Positions 1-9,342 of a DNA stretch of 64,000 bases are shown one piece after another. The notes beneath the pieces are model-generated. The model had not been told where the DNA came from, ran no database searches, and saw only the letters and a list, made by a program, of their open reading frames with translations. The position numbers were made by a program, and so were the translations under genes. Source of the stretch: Methanomassiliicoccaceae archaeon (GTDB lineage: Archaea; Thermoplasmatota; Thermoplasmata; Methanomassiliicoccales; UBA472); NCBI GenBank assembly GCA_963827135.1, contig CAWGZX010000003.1, forward strand, positions 1,784 to 65,783. The letters run 5' to 3'. The stretch's first letter is position 1. Each line of letters opens with the position of its first letter.

Positions 1-449
1 AGCTGGTGATGGAGACCCTGCGCCTGGGGACGCTGGCGCCGTCGGCGGGCAACCTTCAGGCCCGCGATTTCGTGGTCGTCCGGGACGCGGACACCAAGGC
101 CAGGCTCGCCAAGGCGGCCTTCGGCCAGGACTTCGTGGAGTACGTGCCGGTGGTGATAGTGTGCTGCGCCAACCTGGGGCGCATCCGCAACTATGGCATC
201 CGCGGCACGGACCTCTATTGCCTGCAGGATGTGGCCGCCAGCGTGGAGAACATGATGCTCCATGTCGCTTCGCAGGGCTTCGGCTCATGCTGGGTAGGAG
301 CCTTCGACGAGAGCCAGGTAGTGAAGATTCTCGGCCTGCCAGAGAACGTCAGGCCTGTCGTGCTGCTACCGATCGGCGTTCCTAAGGACACTTCGAGGAG
401 GACGCCTCGGATGAAGCTAGACGCTGTGGTTCATAAGGAGAAGTGGTGA
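1..449 (+). CDS. Nitroreductase-family FMN oxidoreductase, 5' end outside window
   Basis: ORF is open to the left edge; stop TGA at 447-449. Motifs SAGNLQARDFVVV, VVIVCCAN, GFGSCWVGAFDE and VLLPIGVP are typical of the nitroreductase fold. Confidence 0.75.
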   Translation, partial: LVMETLRLGTLAPSAGNLQARDFVVVRDADTKARLAKAAFGQDFVEYVPVVIVCCANLGRIRNYGIRGTDLYCLQDVAASVENMMLHVASQGFGSCWVGAFDESQVVKILGLPENVRPVVLLPIGVPKDTSRRTPRMKLDAVVHKEKW

Positions 450-453
450 GGAG

Positions 454-526
454 TAGCCCCGGGCAGATTCGAACTGCCGTCGCCGGCTCCAAAGGCCAGC
501 ATGATTGACCACTACACCACGGGGCT
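454..526 (-). tRNA. tRNA-Gln (anticodon UUG)
   Basis: The reverse complement AGCCCCGTGGTGTAGTGGTCAATCATGCTGGCCTTTGGAGCCGGCGACGGCAGTTCGAATCTGCCCGGGGCTA folds as a 73-nt cloverleaf. Acceptor AGCCCCG/CGGGGCT; anticodon stem CTGGC/GCCGG with loop CT-TTG-GA; T-arm GGCAG-TTCGAAT-CTGCC. No encoded CCA. Confidence 0.9.
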
Positions 527-550
527 CTGTCCCCCTCGATTGGCCTTCGG

Positions 551-558
551 ATATTAAA
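551..558 (-). promoter_or_regulatory. TATA-like box upstream of tRNA-Gln
   Basis: Minus-strand TTTAATAT is centred about 28 nt upstream of the tRNA 5' end, the classical archaeal TATA distance. Confidence 0.4.
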
Positions 559-616
559 GATTAGGTGAGAGGATTCAGCGCTCAGGTTAATTATCGCGCA
601 TTCCCTCCAGGTCAGG

Positions 617-1789
617 ATGGCGGACCTCAGAAGGGTGCTGATATATGCCTGCGCCTTCATCGGCACCTTCACATCCAACGCCGTCCTGGCGCTGATACCG
701 GAGCTCCGCGGCTACTTCCAGGCGTCGACGGCCGAGGTGCTCCTGTCCATCAGCTTCTATATGGTCTTCTTCGCCTTCTTCTCCCTCTTCACCGGCTCGA
801 TCTCCGACCTCATCGGCAGGAAGAAGATCCTGGTGATCGGCCTGGTCGTGTACTCGGCCGGCTGCGCCATGACCGCGCTCTCCACCGGGCTCCCGCTGTT
901 CTACGCCAGCCGAGCGGTGCAGGGACTGGGCTTCGCCTTCGTCCAGCCGGTCATGGTGGCGGTCCTGGGGGATGTAGTGAGCCCTGGTGAGAAAGGAAGG
1001 ACCATGGGCTGGCTCACGGCCGCGACCACCGGCGGGGTGATGCTCGGTCCGCTGATCGCCGGGTTCGCGGCGGAGGTGGACTGGCGCCTGGCCTTCATTA
1101 TGATAGGCATATTCTCCATCACCCTCGCCCTGCTGATCCAAGCCCTGCTCCACCTACCCAGGACCTCAGACCAGGGGACAAGCCCTGGCTCGCTCAGGTC
1201 CAACATGGCCATGGCGGCGCGGAGGCTGGGGGTGGTTATGCTCGCCGCCACCGGCTTCCTGCACATGCTGGTCTGGATAGCGACCCAGGCCTTCGCCTCG
1301 GACAGCCTGGGACAGGAGTTCTCCGCCTCCTCGCAGGTCATCGGCGAGGTACTGGCCTTCGCCGGGCTCTGCAGCATCGCCGCCTCGCGCCTCGGTGGAG
1401 GGATGGCGGACCGCTTCGGGAGGTACATCCCCGTGGTCATCGGCACCTCCGTCATGGTCCTCTCCCTCGTGGCCATGTTCCTGTGGATCCCCAGCATCGT
1501 GGTCTACGCGATCTACCTGGCCATATTCGCGGCCGGGTCGGCGATATCCTGGGCGTCGCTGCTTACCTTGACGGTGGAGCTTCTGCCAGGTCTAAGGGGC
1601 ACGGTGTCATCCATGTTCACGAGCGCGGGTTTCATCGGAGGGGCCCTTGCGGCCATAGTCCTCGCCCCGGTCCAGACCTATTGGGGCACGTCCGCTGTAC
1701 ATTTGGCGAGCGCTGCGCTTTGCTCGCTCATCTTCGTCACTATAGCCTTCGTGAGGAGGGACGTCAGAGCCCATGCTCAATCTGGATGA
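617..1789 (+). CDS. MFS transporter
   Basis: 390-aa ORF with about 12 hydrophobic segments. The loop motif GSISDLIGRKK resembles the MFS D-R/K-x-G-R-R/K signature. TTAATTAT lies 23-30 nt upstream of the ATG. Confidence 0.8.
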   Translation: MADLRRVLIYACAFIGTFTSNAVLALIPELRGYFQASTAEVLLSISFYMVFFAFFSLFTGSISDLIGRKKILVIGLVVYSAGCAMTALSTGLPLFYASRAVQGLGFAFVQPVMVAVLGDVVSPGEKGRTMGWLTAATTGGVMLGPLIAGFAAEVDWRLAFIMIGIFSITLALLIQALLHLPRTSDQGTSPGSLRSNMAMAARRLGVVMLAATGFLHMLVWIATQAFASDSLGQEFSASSQVIGEVLAFAGLCSIAASRLGGGMADRFGRYIPVVIGTSVMVLSLVAMFLWIPSIVVYAIYLAIFAAGSAISWASLLTLTVELLPGLRGTVSSMFTSAGFIGGALAAIVLAPVQTYWGTSAVHLASAALCSLIFVTIAFVRRDVRAHAQSG

Positions 1790-1794
1790 TCATA

Positions 1795-3042
1795 CTAAAG
1801 GTCCTCGACCTTGGCCAGCAGGTGCGTGGCCGTCGAGCCTGTGATCGTGAGCCGGAGCCTGTCGCCCATATGTTGCGGGCCCTGGACGACGATCGGGACG
1901 TATCCATCGTCGCGGCAGATGACCGTGGAGCCCTTGCCTGGTTCGGTGACGAGCGCGTCGACCGCCTCCCCCTTTCGGGCGGCGTTGATTTCCGCGGCTA
2001 TCTCGAAGCGCAGCCTGGCCATCTCTCGGGATCGATCCTTGGCGATCCTGCTGACCACCTGTCCCTTCATGTCCGCCGCCTCGGTGCCTGGTCTCGAGGA
2101 GAACCTGGTCACGTTGAGTATGCTCGGCCTGATCCTCTTGATGAGGTCGATGGTCGACCTGTGGTCCTCATCCCTCTCTCCGGGGAAGCCGATGATGACG
2201 TCGCTGGACAGGGTCAGGTTCGGATGCTCGTGCCGGAAGCTCTGCACCTGCCCTTCGAACTCTCTCGTCGAATAGCCTCGGCCCATGCCCTCCAGGATCC
2301 GGTCGCTCCCGGTCTGGACCGGCAGATGCAGGAACTTGTAGACCTTGGGCGAGCGGTACTGCTCGATCAGCGAACCTAGGATGTCGCGCAGGCTGTCTGG
2401 GTTCATCATTCCCACGCGGACGCGGAAGTCCCCAGGGACCATCGCTACCTCCTGCAATAGATGAGGGAGGTCGGTCCCGATGTCGAAGCCATAGCATCCA
2501 GTGTCCTGAGCGGTCAGCAGCACCTCCTTGCTCCCGCTCCCTACGACCTTCCTCACGGAGGAGACGATCCTCTCCGGAGGATAGCTGGCCAAAGTCCCCC
2601 TGGCCAGCCTGGTAATGCAGTAGGAGCAAGAGCCAAGACAGCCCTGGGCGATGGGGACGACCGCGGTCACTCCCCATCCAGGCTCGGGGAAGAACAGGCC
2701 GCGCCCGGTCCCGAACCTCATTCGCATCTCCTCCTCGAAGCGGTCGTAGTCTAAGGGGGCGAGGACCAGCGCCTTTGGGAACGTGTCCAGGACCTCGTCT
2801 CGCATGACGGACGCCATGCAGCCGGTGACGACCAGGTCCTTGCCCTGCTCGCGCAGGTGCCTCATCCTCTTCAGGATCTTGAGCTCGGTGGCCTTGATGA
2901 CCGCGCAGGTGTTGATGACCGCGACGTCCGCCTCCTCGCAGGTCTCAACCAGCTTGTAGCCCAGCTTGAAAAGCGTCTGCTCCAACAGCAGGCCCTCTCC
3001 CTGGTTCATGGTGCAGCCGTAGGTCTCCACGCAGACGCGCAC
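1795..3042 (-). CDS. Radical-SAM methylthiotransferase, archaeal MiaB/MtaB (CDKAL1-like) type
   Basis: N-terminal MRVCVETYGCTMNQ (UPF0004 domain), radical-SAM CSYCITRLARG, and a C-terminal TRAM-like region. 415 aa. Confidence 0.85.
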   Translation of the reverse strand: MRVCVETYGCTMNQGEGLLLEQTLFKLGYKLVETCEEADVAVINTCAVIKATELKILKRMRHLREQGKDLVVTGCMASVMRDEVLDTFPKALVLAPLDYDRFEEEMRMRFGTGRGLFFPEPGWGVTAVVPIAQGCLGSCSYCITRLARGTLASYPPERIVSSVRKVVGSGSKEVLLTAQDTGCYGFDIGTDLPHLLQEVAMVPGDFRVRVGMMNPDSLRDILGSLIEQYRSPKVYKFLHLPVQTGSDRILEGMGRGYSTREFEGQVQSFRHEHPNLTLSSDVIIGFPGERDEDHRSTIDLIKRIRPSILNVTRFSSRPGTEAADMKGQVVSRIAKDRSREMARLRFEIAAEINAARKGEAVDALVTEPGKGSTVICRDDGYVPIVVQGPQHMGDRLRLTITGSTATHLLAKVEDL

Positions 3043-3159
3043 GCCTCTCCCTATCCCGCTCCGGATATATCACTGTCGAGGGGCAGCGTCCCTTCTCCTC
3101 GACCCGTCTTCGATAGATTTATTCCGCATCAGCTCTTCCTCGCAACCAGGGTCGAGCAC

Positions 3160-3642
3160 ATGAAAGGTATCGTCGCGTACGACAGCGTGCACGGATCGAC
3201 CAAGGCGGCCGCGGAGGCCATCGCCGAGGAGATCAGGTCCGAAGGGCACGAGGCTCAGATCATTTATGTTAAGGAATGGTCCAAGGGACCCTTGACCGGG
3301 GACTTCCTCCTCATCGGCTCCCCGACCAGGGGAGGCAAGATGACCAAGGAGGCCAAGGAGTTCATCGACTCCCTGGACCCAGGGTATTGGAAGGGCAAGA
3401 AGGTCGTCACCTTCGATACGGTGGGACCGTTATCCAAGGACGCGGAGAAGCGCAGGCAGACCCTAGCCTCGCTGAACGACAAGAACGCGGCCGGTAAGAT
3501 GAAGGAAGCTTTGGAGTCGCGAGGGGTCCGCGTCGAGAGGATGATGCACTTCGCCGTCGTGGGCATGTGGGGGCCCTTGGCGCCTGACGGCCCGGAGATG
3601 GCCAAGGAGCAGACCAGGGGGTTCCTGGCAGGGCTTCGTTGA
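3160..3642 (+). CDS. Flavodoxin-family protein
   Basis: Starts MKGIVAYDSVHGSTKAAAEAIAEEI (flavodoxin FMN-phosphate loop) and contains LLIGSPTRGGKM. Start trimmed from track ORF 2857 to the ATG at 3160. Confidence 0.75.
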   Translation: MKGIVAYDSVHGSTKAAAEAIAEEIRSEGHEAQIIYVKEWSKGPLTGDFLLIGSPTRGGKMTKEAKEFIDSLDPGYWKGKKVVTFDTVGPLSKDAEKRRQTLASLNDKNAAGKMKEALESRGVRVERMMHFAVVGMWGPLAPDGPEMAKEQTRGFLAGLR

Positions 3643-3759
3643 CCGCCGTCATTGGACATGATGCATCGAGCAGTTATCTACGGACATTTGGGCACGGTCA
3701 TGACTTGATGGCCGTGTTTCAAATACCGGAAGCCGCTTAGCAATCAGCTGGTAATCTAG

Positions 3760-5343
3760 ATGCCCTTCGTACACGAAAGCACCTGGAGCAATCTCTCATC
3801 GAAGCATGGCGAGCCAGAGCCGAACGCCCGCTACGAGAAGGCCGTGGAGAAGCTCGTTTCCGATCTATCTGGTGGAGCGAAGGCTCATTCCAACTTCATT
3901 TCGGGCAAGGAGCGCCTGGCCTCGGCATATTTCACTACAACTAGTCCGGTCGACTCGACCATCGCAATCGGGAGCTTCCCCAAAGGCAGTGCCGATGACG
4001 CCTCGGACGCGGTGGAGGCGGCCTCCGATGCCTTCGATGATTGGCGACGAACGGACCTGAGCGAGCGCCTCAGGGTCCTTAGGAGGGCAGCGGATGTCAT
4101 CCGTACCGAGAAGTTCGACCTGGCGGCCTTGCTCACACTGACCAACGGCAAGGTCCGGAGGGAGGCTATAGGCGAGGTGGACATGGCGATTGACTACCTC
4201 GAATATTACGCCGCCGAGATGGAGAGGAACGATGGCTTCGACCGTGAGATGCCGCCGATATCCGCTCAGGAGCGGGCGAGAAATGTCTTCCTGCCTTACG
4301 GGCCATGGGCGGTGGTCTGCCCGTTCAATTTCCCCTTCGGCATCACCATGGGCATGTTGGCTGGTGTATTGGTAACCGGCAACACCGCGGTTCTGAAACC
4401 GGCATCGCCATCCCCCGCGCCGGTCTACGCCATCTATGATGCCATGACTCGGGCTGGTCTGCCTCCCGGCGTCCTGAACTTGGTCTCTGGCTCGGGGCAG
4501 GAGGTGGGCGAGGCGCTGGTCAAGCACCCCAAGGTCGAAGGGGTGATCTTCACAGGTTCCAAGGAGGTCGGCCAATCCATTCTCAGGCACAACATCTACC
4601 GCAGGTATCCCATCCCGACAATCCTCGAGCTCGGTGGCAAGAACGCAGCCATTGTGAGCGAGAAGGCCGACCTCGGTCGAGCGGTCCGAGGGGTCGTTTC
4701 CTCGGCCTTCGGATACAGCGGACAGAAGTGCGTTGCCTGCTCGCGGGTTTACGTCCACAAGGGCGTCTCCGAGGTTTTCCTTGACATGCTGGTCAATGAA
4801 ACACGAGCGTTCAAGGTCGCGGACCCCCGGTCGGCCGAGGCTCGCACCGGCCCTGTGATCCACGAGGGAGCGGTGAAGAGCTATGAGAGAGCGGCATCGA
4901 TCGCCATGAGGGAGGGACGGATCATCACCGGAGGCAGGAGGCTGACCGACGGCGTAATGTCCAAGGGCTGCTACGTTGCTCCCACGGTCGTCACCGGTCT
5001 CCCGGACGGCCATGAGCTGGTCAGCAACGAGCTCTTCCTTCCATTCCTTTGCGTCCTTACCTACGATGACCTGGGGGACGCGATGGCCCGGGCCAATGGC
5101 GTGGATTACGGCCTCACCGCCGGCATCTACACCGGGGACCAGAAGGAGATCGATCGCTTCCTGGTTGGGATCCAGGCGGGCATGGTCTATGTGAACGGTG
5201 CAAGGGGAGCGACCAATGGCGCGATCACCGGCTCGCACTCCTTCGGAGGCTGGAAGGGCAGTGGGTCGACGGGCAGGGGGTCGGGGGACATCTACTACCT
5301 ATTGCAGTTCATGAGGCAGCAGGGAAGAGCCTTGATCAGGTAG
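3760..5343 (+). CDS. NAD(P)-dependent aldehyde dehydrogenase, 1-pyrroline-5-carboxylate dehydrogenase-like
   Basis: ALDH motifs FTGSKEVG, ELGGKNAAIV and catalytic GQKCVACSR. The 527-aa length and motif spelling resemble RocA/PutC-type P5C dehydrogenases. Substrate is not proven. Confidence 0.8.
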   Translation: MPFVHESTWSNLSSKHGEPEPNARYEKAVEKLVSDLSGGAKAHSNFISGKERLASAYFTTTSPVDSTIAIGSFPKGSADDASDAVEAASDAFDDWRRTDLSERLRVLRRAADVIRTEKFDLAALLTLTNGKVRREAIGEVDMAIDYLEYYAAEMERNDGFDREMPPISAQERARNVFLPYGPWAVVCPFNFPFGITMGMLAGVLVTGNTAVLKPASPSPAPVYAIYDAMTRAGLPPGVLNLVSGSGQEVGEALVKHPKVEGVIFTGSKEVGQSILRHNIYRRYPIPTILELGGKNAAIVSEKADLGRAVRGVVSSAFGYSGQKCVACSRVYVHKGVSEVFLDMLVNETRAFKVADPRSAEARTGPVIHEGAVKSYERAASIAMREGRIITGGRRLTDGVMSKGCYVAPTVVTGLPDGHELVSNELFLPFLCVLTYDDLGDAMARANGVDYGLTAGIYTGDQKEIDRFLVGIQAGMVYVNGARGATNGAITGSHSFGGWKGSGSTGRGSGDIYYLLQFMRQQGRALIR

Positions 5344-5947
5344 CCTGGGCATTGATCGTTTCGATAGGAACGACGTCCACATCCATCCCCATCAACCTCG
5401 CCAGGACCTTGTTCTCCATCCTTATCTCCATGGGATCGAAGAGCAGGACATCTATCGGTCGCCAGAGGGCGATCCAACCGACGATGTAGAAACCCTCGCT
5501 GATGGCGAGCGCCAATATCGGGCTCATCTCGACGAAGAACTCCATGCCGAACACCACGCCGAGGGCTATGAAGAAGAACAGGACTATCAGGGCATAAGGC
5601 AGCTGGCGCCTCCCCCTCTTCTGGATTTGTATTATGCGATTGTTGTTGTCCTCGATCATCCGAGTCCCAAACTTGGAGATCAATGCCTTTGCTTGGGAGG
5701 CGGTCTCCGGGGAAACCTTATCGGTCGGCATCCTCAGGATGAGGCGGTATCTCTTCCCCTTCCTGGTCTTGAGGGGCTTATGTATCTTGATCATCCTTTC
5801 CACGGCGGATTCGCCCAGGTATTCCATCGGCCTGTCGGAGAAAGGGTCCTGCTCAGGTGCGGTCACCAGATGGCGAATATCGTCGATCTCGATCTCGAAA
5901 ACCGCCTCTGCCTCGGTCTCTGTAAATCTCTCGTTGAAGCCTGACAT
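5336..5947 (-). CDS. Hypothetical membrane protein (soluble N-terminal half, 2 C-terminal TM helices)
   Basis: Long ORF. Start set at MSGFNERF (ATG 5947). TM segments LPYALIVLFFFIALGVVFG and ILALAISEGFYIVGWIALW. No family recognised. Confidence 0.5.
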   Translation of the reverse strand: MSGFNERFTETEAEAVFEIEIDDIRHLVTAPEQDPFSDRPMEYLGESAVERMIKIHKPLKTRKGKRYRLILRMPTDKVSPETASQAKALISKFGTRMIEDNNNRIIQIQKRGRRQLPYALIVLFFFIALGVVFGMEFFVEMSPILALAISEGFYIVGWIALWRPIDVLLFDPMEIRMENKVLARLMGMDVDVVPIETINAQAT

Positions 5948-6099
5948 GACGCTCCTCCGCCATGACGCGGATTGGAGACCGCATATGGGCTTACGCTCAT
6001 TTGATGGTTTGTAGGTCCTCGAGATCCTGATGGATGGCAAGTGTTATTACTGCTAGGCTTCATGGTCAGTACCGTGGCCGACCTCGAGGGATTAATTTG

Positions 6100-6393
6100 G
6101 TGAAGTGCAGCCGGTGCGGCAAGGACAACCAGCCCGAGGCGGTCTACTGCGACAATTGTGGAATTCCCGTCCACAAGGAACAAGCTGAGTCTCTCGGGAC
6201 GGGCTACCAGTCGAGGCTGATGTTCATCGGTGGTATAATAGTGGGCTTCCTGTTGGTGGGTGTGGGGATCGTGCTCAGCCTCTACGCCGCGAACTTCGGG
6301 ATGTCCGGGAGCGAGATCGTGGGGTACGTGATGCTGGTGGGAGGCATCATCGTTCTAGGTGTAGCATTCCTCATGTTCGGGCGGAATAAATAG
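6100..6393 (+). CDS. Zinc-ribbon membrane protein
   Basis: CSRCG-x12-CDNCG ribbon followed by two hydrophobic helices. Start uncertain (GTG 6100, or ATG 6034 in the track). Confidence 0.5.
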   Translation: MKCSRCGKDNQPEAVYCDNCGIPVHKEQAESLGTGYQSRLMFIGGIIVGFLLVGVGIVLSLYAANFGMSGSEIVGYVMLVGGIIVLGVAFLMFGRNK

Positions 6394-6459
6394 CGACGAT
6401 CATGAAACGCCAATGCGGTATCGGTCGGCTGAAGCCTGCCAACGAAGGATGCCATAGCC

Positions 6460-8970
6460 TTAATTCCTTCTAGGGAGCACGAAATACTCAGCGACCTTTC
6501 TGACCTCTATCACCAGGAAGGTGGAAACGGCCACCAATAGTACGTAGTACCATTGTTCGAGGTCCATCGGCACGGTGGAGAACCAATCCGTGAGCAGGTA
6601 TATGGCCGCCAATTGCAGCAGCAGGCCGACCGCCACGCCCGCGTACACATAGGGATTGATGGTGAAGCTCCTCCTGATGTTCACGCAGAAAGGCTCCTTC
6701 TCCTTCTGCGCTTGGATGCCGTTGACCCACTGCGCCACCACCACGCAGGTGAATATTATAGTGCCAGCGACCTCCTGAGGGTAGCGATCCAGGAGAAAGA
6801 TATAGAGAAGGAACATCACCACTCCCATGGTGACCGCGAAGAACAGTATGCGCAATAACTGACCGCGGTCGAAGAACTGTTTGCCAGGGTCCTTTGGGCG
6901 GCGCGACATCACATCTCCCTCTTCCTTGGCGAAGGGGAAGGTCTTGTCCTGCACTCCATCGGTGACAAGGTTGATCCATAGGATCTGGATGGCGAGAAGG
7001 GGGATGGGCAAGAAGGCTAGGAGCGAAAGACCGATCAGGACCAGCTGGTTGACGTTCGTGGATAGGAGGTAATAGATGACCTTGCGGATGTTATCGGCGA
7101 TCACCCGGCCGGTGCGGATCGCCTCCACGATGATTCCGAGGTCGTTGTCTGTGATGACCATCTTGGATGCTGACTTGGCGGCCTCGGTCCCTGAGCCCAT
7201 GGCGATCCCCAGGTCCGCCGCTCGCAGGGCCGGGACGTCGTTGACCCCATCCCCGGTGACGGTCACGATCTCCCCGCAGGCCTGGAGCGTCTTCACCAGG
7301 CGATACTTGTGCTCTGGCAGCACCCGGGCCATCACCGTAACGTTCTTCATCATGCACAGGTCGTCGTCGCTCATGGACTCGACCTGCTCGCCAGTAATGA
7401 TGCCATCTCCCTCCTGCCAGATACCTACCTGGGCGGCGATGGCCTTGGCCGTCTTCGGATAGTCGCCGGTGATCATCACCACGCGCATCCCAGCCTTCTT
7501 GGCGGTCTCGACCGCGCCCTTCACGCTGGCCTTGGGAGGGTCGACGAACCCGAGCAATCCGACGATCTGGACGCGCCAGGTGGAAGGATCCTCCGAGCCG
7601 CTCCCGACCCCGAATGCCAAAACCCTCATCCCATCCTCCGCCTGGTGGTCGAGCTCCTTCTCCAGCTGCGGCATGGCATCCGCGTTCTGAGCGATGCCTT
7701 TCAAGGACTCGAAGGCGCCCTTGACGAAGAGCCTCTCACCCTCGGACATCCGATTGAACGAGGCCATCATCCTAAGCTTGGTGTCGAAGGGATGCGACCA
7801 GAGGCGAGGATTCTCTGCGCGGGTGCTTTCGAAGTCCTCTCCGCACCAGGAGGCAATGGCCACATCCACTCCGTCGCCCTTTCCATCCTTAGAATCGTTG
7901 CAGAGGGCAGCGCAGAGGCGCAAGGAACCTTCCTCCAAAGCGAAGCTCTCCGACACCACCAGCTTGCCCTCGGTGATGGTCCCCGTCTTGTCCGTGGCGA
8001 TGACCGTGGCGCTGCCAAGCGTCTCGACCGCGGGAAGGTACCTGGTCAGGGTCTTGCGCTTGCTCAAGGCCATGGCCCCGATCACCGTGACCAAGGTGAT
8101 GACCAGGGGCAGCCCCTCCGGAACGGCGGAGACCAGTTGAGCGACGAGGAGATAGGCGACGTCTATGGGGTCCCGCTCCTGCAACAGAGCGATCGCTCCG
8201 AGCAAGGCTATGGAGATGACGACCACGATCATGTAACGGCGAGAGAAGGCGGCCAACGCCCTGGTCAGGGGGCTCTCTGGGCTGGCCTCCTCTGCCCTTT
8301 CCGCGATCGATGCGATGTAAGTGTCATTGCCTGTGGCGGTGACCAGCGCCTTGGCGTTGCCGCGGGTGACGACGGTCCCAGCTATCAGACAATTGGCGAG
8401 CTCGTAAGGAAGGGCATTGCTGGCCAGGACCAAATCAGAGTCCTTCGCCACCGGCAGCGACTCCCCGGTTATCGAGGACTCGTCGACGGTCAGGCCAACA
8501 TCCTCCAATATGCGGAGGTCAGCGGTGACCAGGTCGCCCTCGAAGAACTGCACCACGTCCCCGGGGACCAGCTCCTTCGAGGAAAGGCTGATGACTTGGC
8601 CATCCCTCAGGACGTTGTTCTTGGTCTCGGTGAGCTTCTTTAAGGCCTGGATCGAAGCCTCTGCCTTGACCTCTTGCCAGAAGCCGATGACGCTGTTGAC
8701 GACCAGAAGCAAGAGGATGATGGCGAAGTCCTTCACATCGCCGATCAGCAGGGTGATGATGGCCGCGGCGATGAGGATGTAGACGAGGATGCTCTTGAAC
8801 TGGCGGAGGAGTATGAGAAGCTTCGACGGCCTCTTCTCCTCCAGCTCGTTGAGGCCGTATTTCGCCAGACGTGATTTGGCATCCTCCGCGCTCAACCCCT
8901 GCAGGCTCGATGAGAACGCCCTGAGAGCGTCCTCCTGCCTCATCGCCTGAGGTGCGCCTTTGAGGGGCAT
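6460..8970 (-). CDS. P-type cation-transporting ATPase (P2, Ca2+/Mg2+-like)
   Basis: DKTGTIT phosphorylation site, PEGLP in TM4, MITGDYPKTA, and the TGDGVNDVPAL hinge. 836 aa. Confidence 0.9.
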   Translation of the reverse strand: MPLKGAPQAMRQEDALRAFSSSLQGLSAEDAKSRLAKYGLNELEEKRPSKLLILLRQFKSILVYILIAAAIITLLIGDVKDFAIILLLLVVNSVIGFWQEVKAEASIQALKKLTETKNNVLRDGQVISLSSKELVPGDVVQFFEGDLVTADLRILEDVGLTVDESSITGESLPVAKDSDLVLASNALPYELANCLIAGTVVTRGNAKALVTATGNDTYIASIAERAEEASPESPLTRALAAFSRRYMIVVVISIALLGAIALLQERDPIDVAYLLVAQLVSAVPEGLPLVITLVTVIGAMALSKRKTLTRYLPAVETLGSATVIATDKTGTITEGKLVVSESFALEEGSLRLCAALCNDSKDGKGDGVDVAIASWCGEDFESTRAENPRLWSHPFDTKLRMMASFNRMSEGERLFVKGAFESLKGIAQNADAMPQLEKELDHQAEDGMRVLAFGVGSGSEDPSTWRVQIVGLLGFVDPPKASVKGAVETAKKAGMRVVMITGDYPKTAKAIAAQVGIWQEGDGIITGEQVESMSDDDLCMMKNVTVMARVLPEHKYRLVKTLQACGEIVTVTGDGVNDVPALRAADLGIAMGSGTEAAKSASKMVITDNDLGIIVEAIRTGRVIADNIRKVIYYLLSTNVNQLVLIGLSLLAFLPIPLLAIQILWINLVTDGVQDKTFPFAKEEGDVMSRRPKDPGKQFFDRGQLLRILFFAVTMGVVMFLLYIFLLDRYPQEVAGTIIFTCVVVAQWVNGIQAQKEKEPFCVNIRRSFTINPYVYAGVAVGLLLQLAAIYLLTDWFSTVPMDLEQWYYVLLVAVSTFLVIEVRKVAEYFVLPRRN

Positions 8971-9033
8971 CCAGTCAGCTAGGCAGCACGTGATAGATAA
9001 TCCTTGTCGCGGATCGCTTCGCCATCGCGCCGC

Positions 9034-9267
9034 TCAAAATGCCTTCTTCTCCGCCCCTTGCATGCAGAAATATTCGTGCCTCAGGGAATACATCTCATGC
9101 ACCTTGCAGCTGGTGCAGACGCAGCCCCGCATGGTCACCTGGCAGGGCGCCTTTCCCCGGAGACAGAACACAAGGAGACCTTTATCTGGCGCGCATTCAG
9201 GGTACGAGCTACATCGCCCGCATTTGCAGTACTTGTCCTCGGTGGATGGCAAATCTCCAATCTCCAT
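9034..9267 (-). CDS. Cysteine-rich small protein (DUF2769-like by recollection)
   Basis: 77 aa with the pattern CKCGRCSSYPEC...FCLRGKAPC...GCVCTSCKV...YFC. Family name is from memory, not searched. Confidence 0.55.
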   Translation of the reverse strand: MEIGDLPSTEDKYCKCGRCSSYPECAPDKGLLVFCLRGKAPCQVTMRGCVCTSCKVHEMYSLRHEYFCMQGAEKKAF

Positions 9268-9342
9268 ATTCTGCTGGGAATGACGACTAGATTAATTTGC
9301 CGATGAGGAAAGGTCCCGACCCTGCCCGTGGACGAACTTCTT

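Noticed and set aside
3865-5238. Long antisense ORFs opposite well-supported genes: 3865-5238(-), 7309-8643(+), 25713-26432(-), 27193-27894(-), 44942-46495(-), 60913-61725(-).
   Set aside because: Their translations are Arg/Gly/Pro/His-rich and low in complexity, with no motifs. Each lies fully inside a gene with clear family signatures on the other strand. These are typical shadow ORFs of GC-rich DNA.
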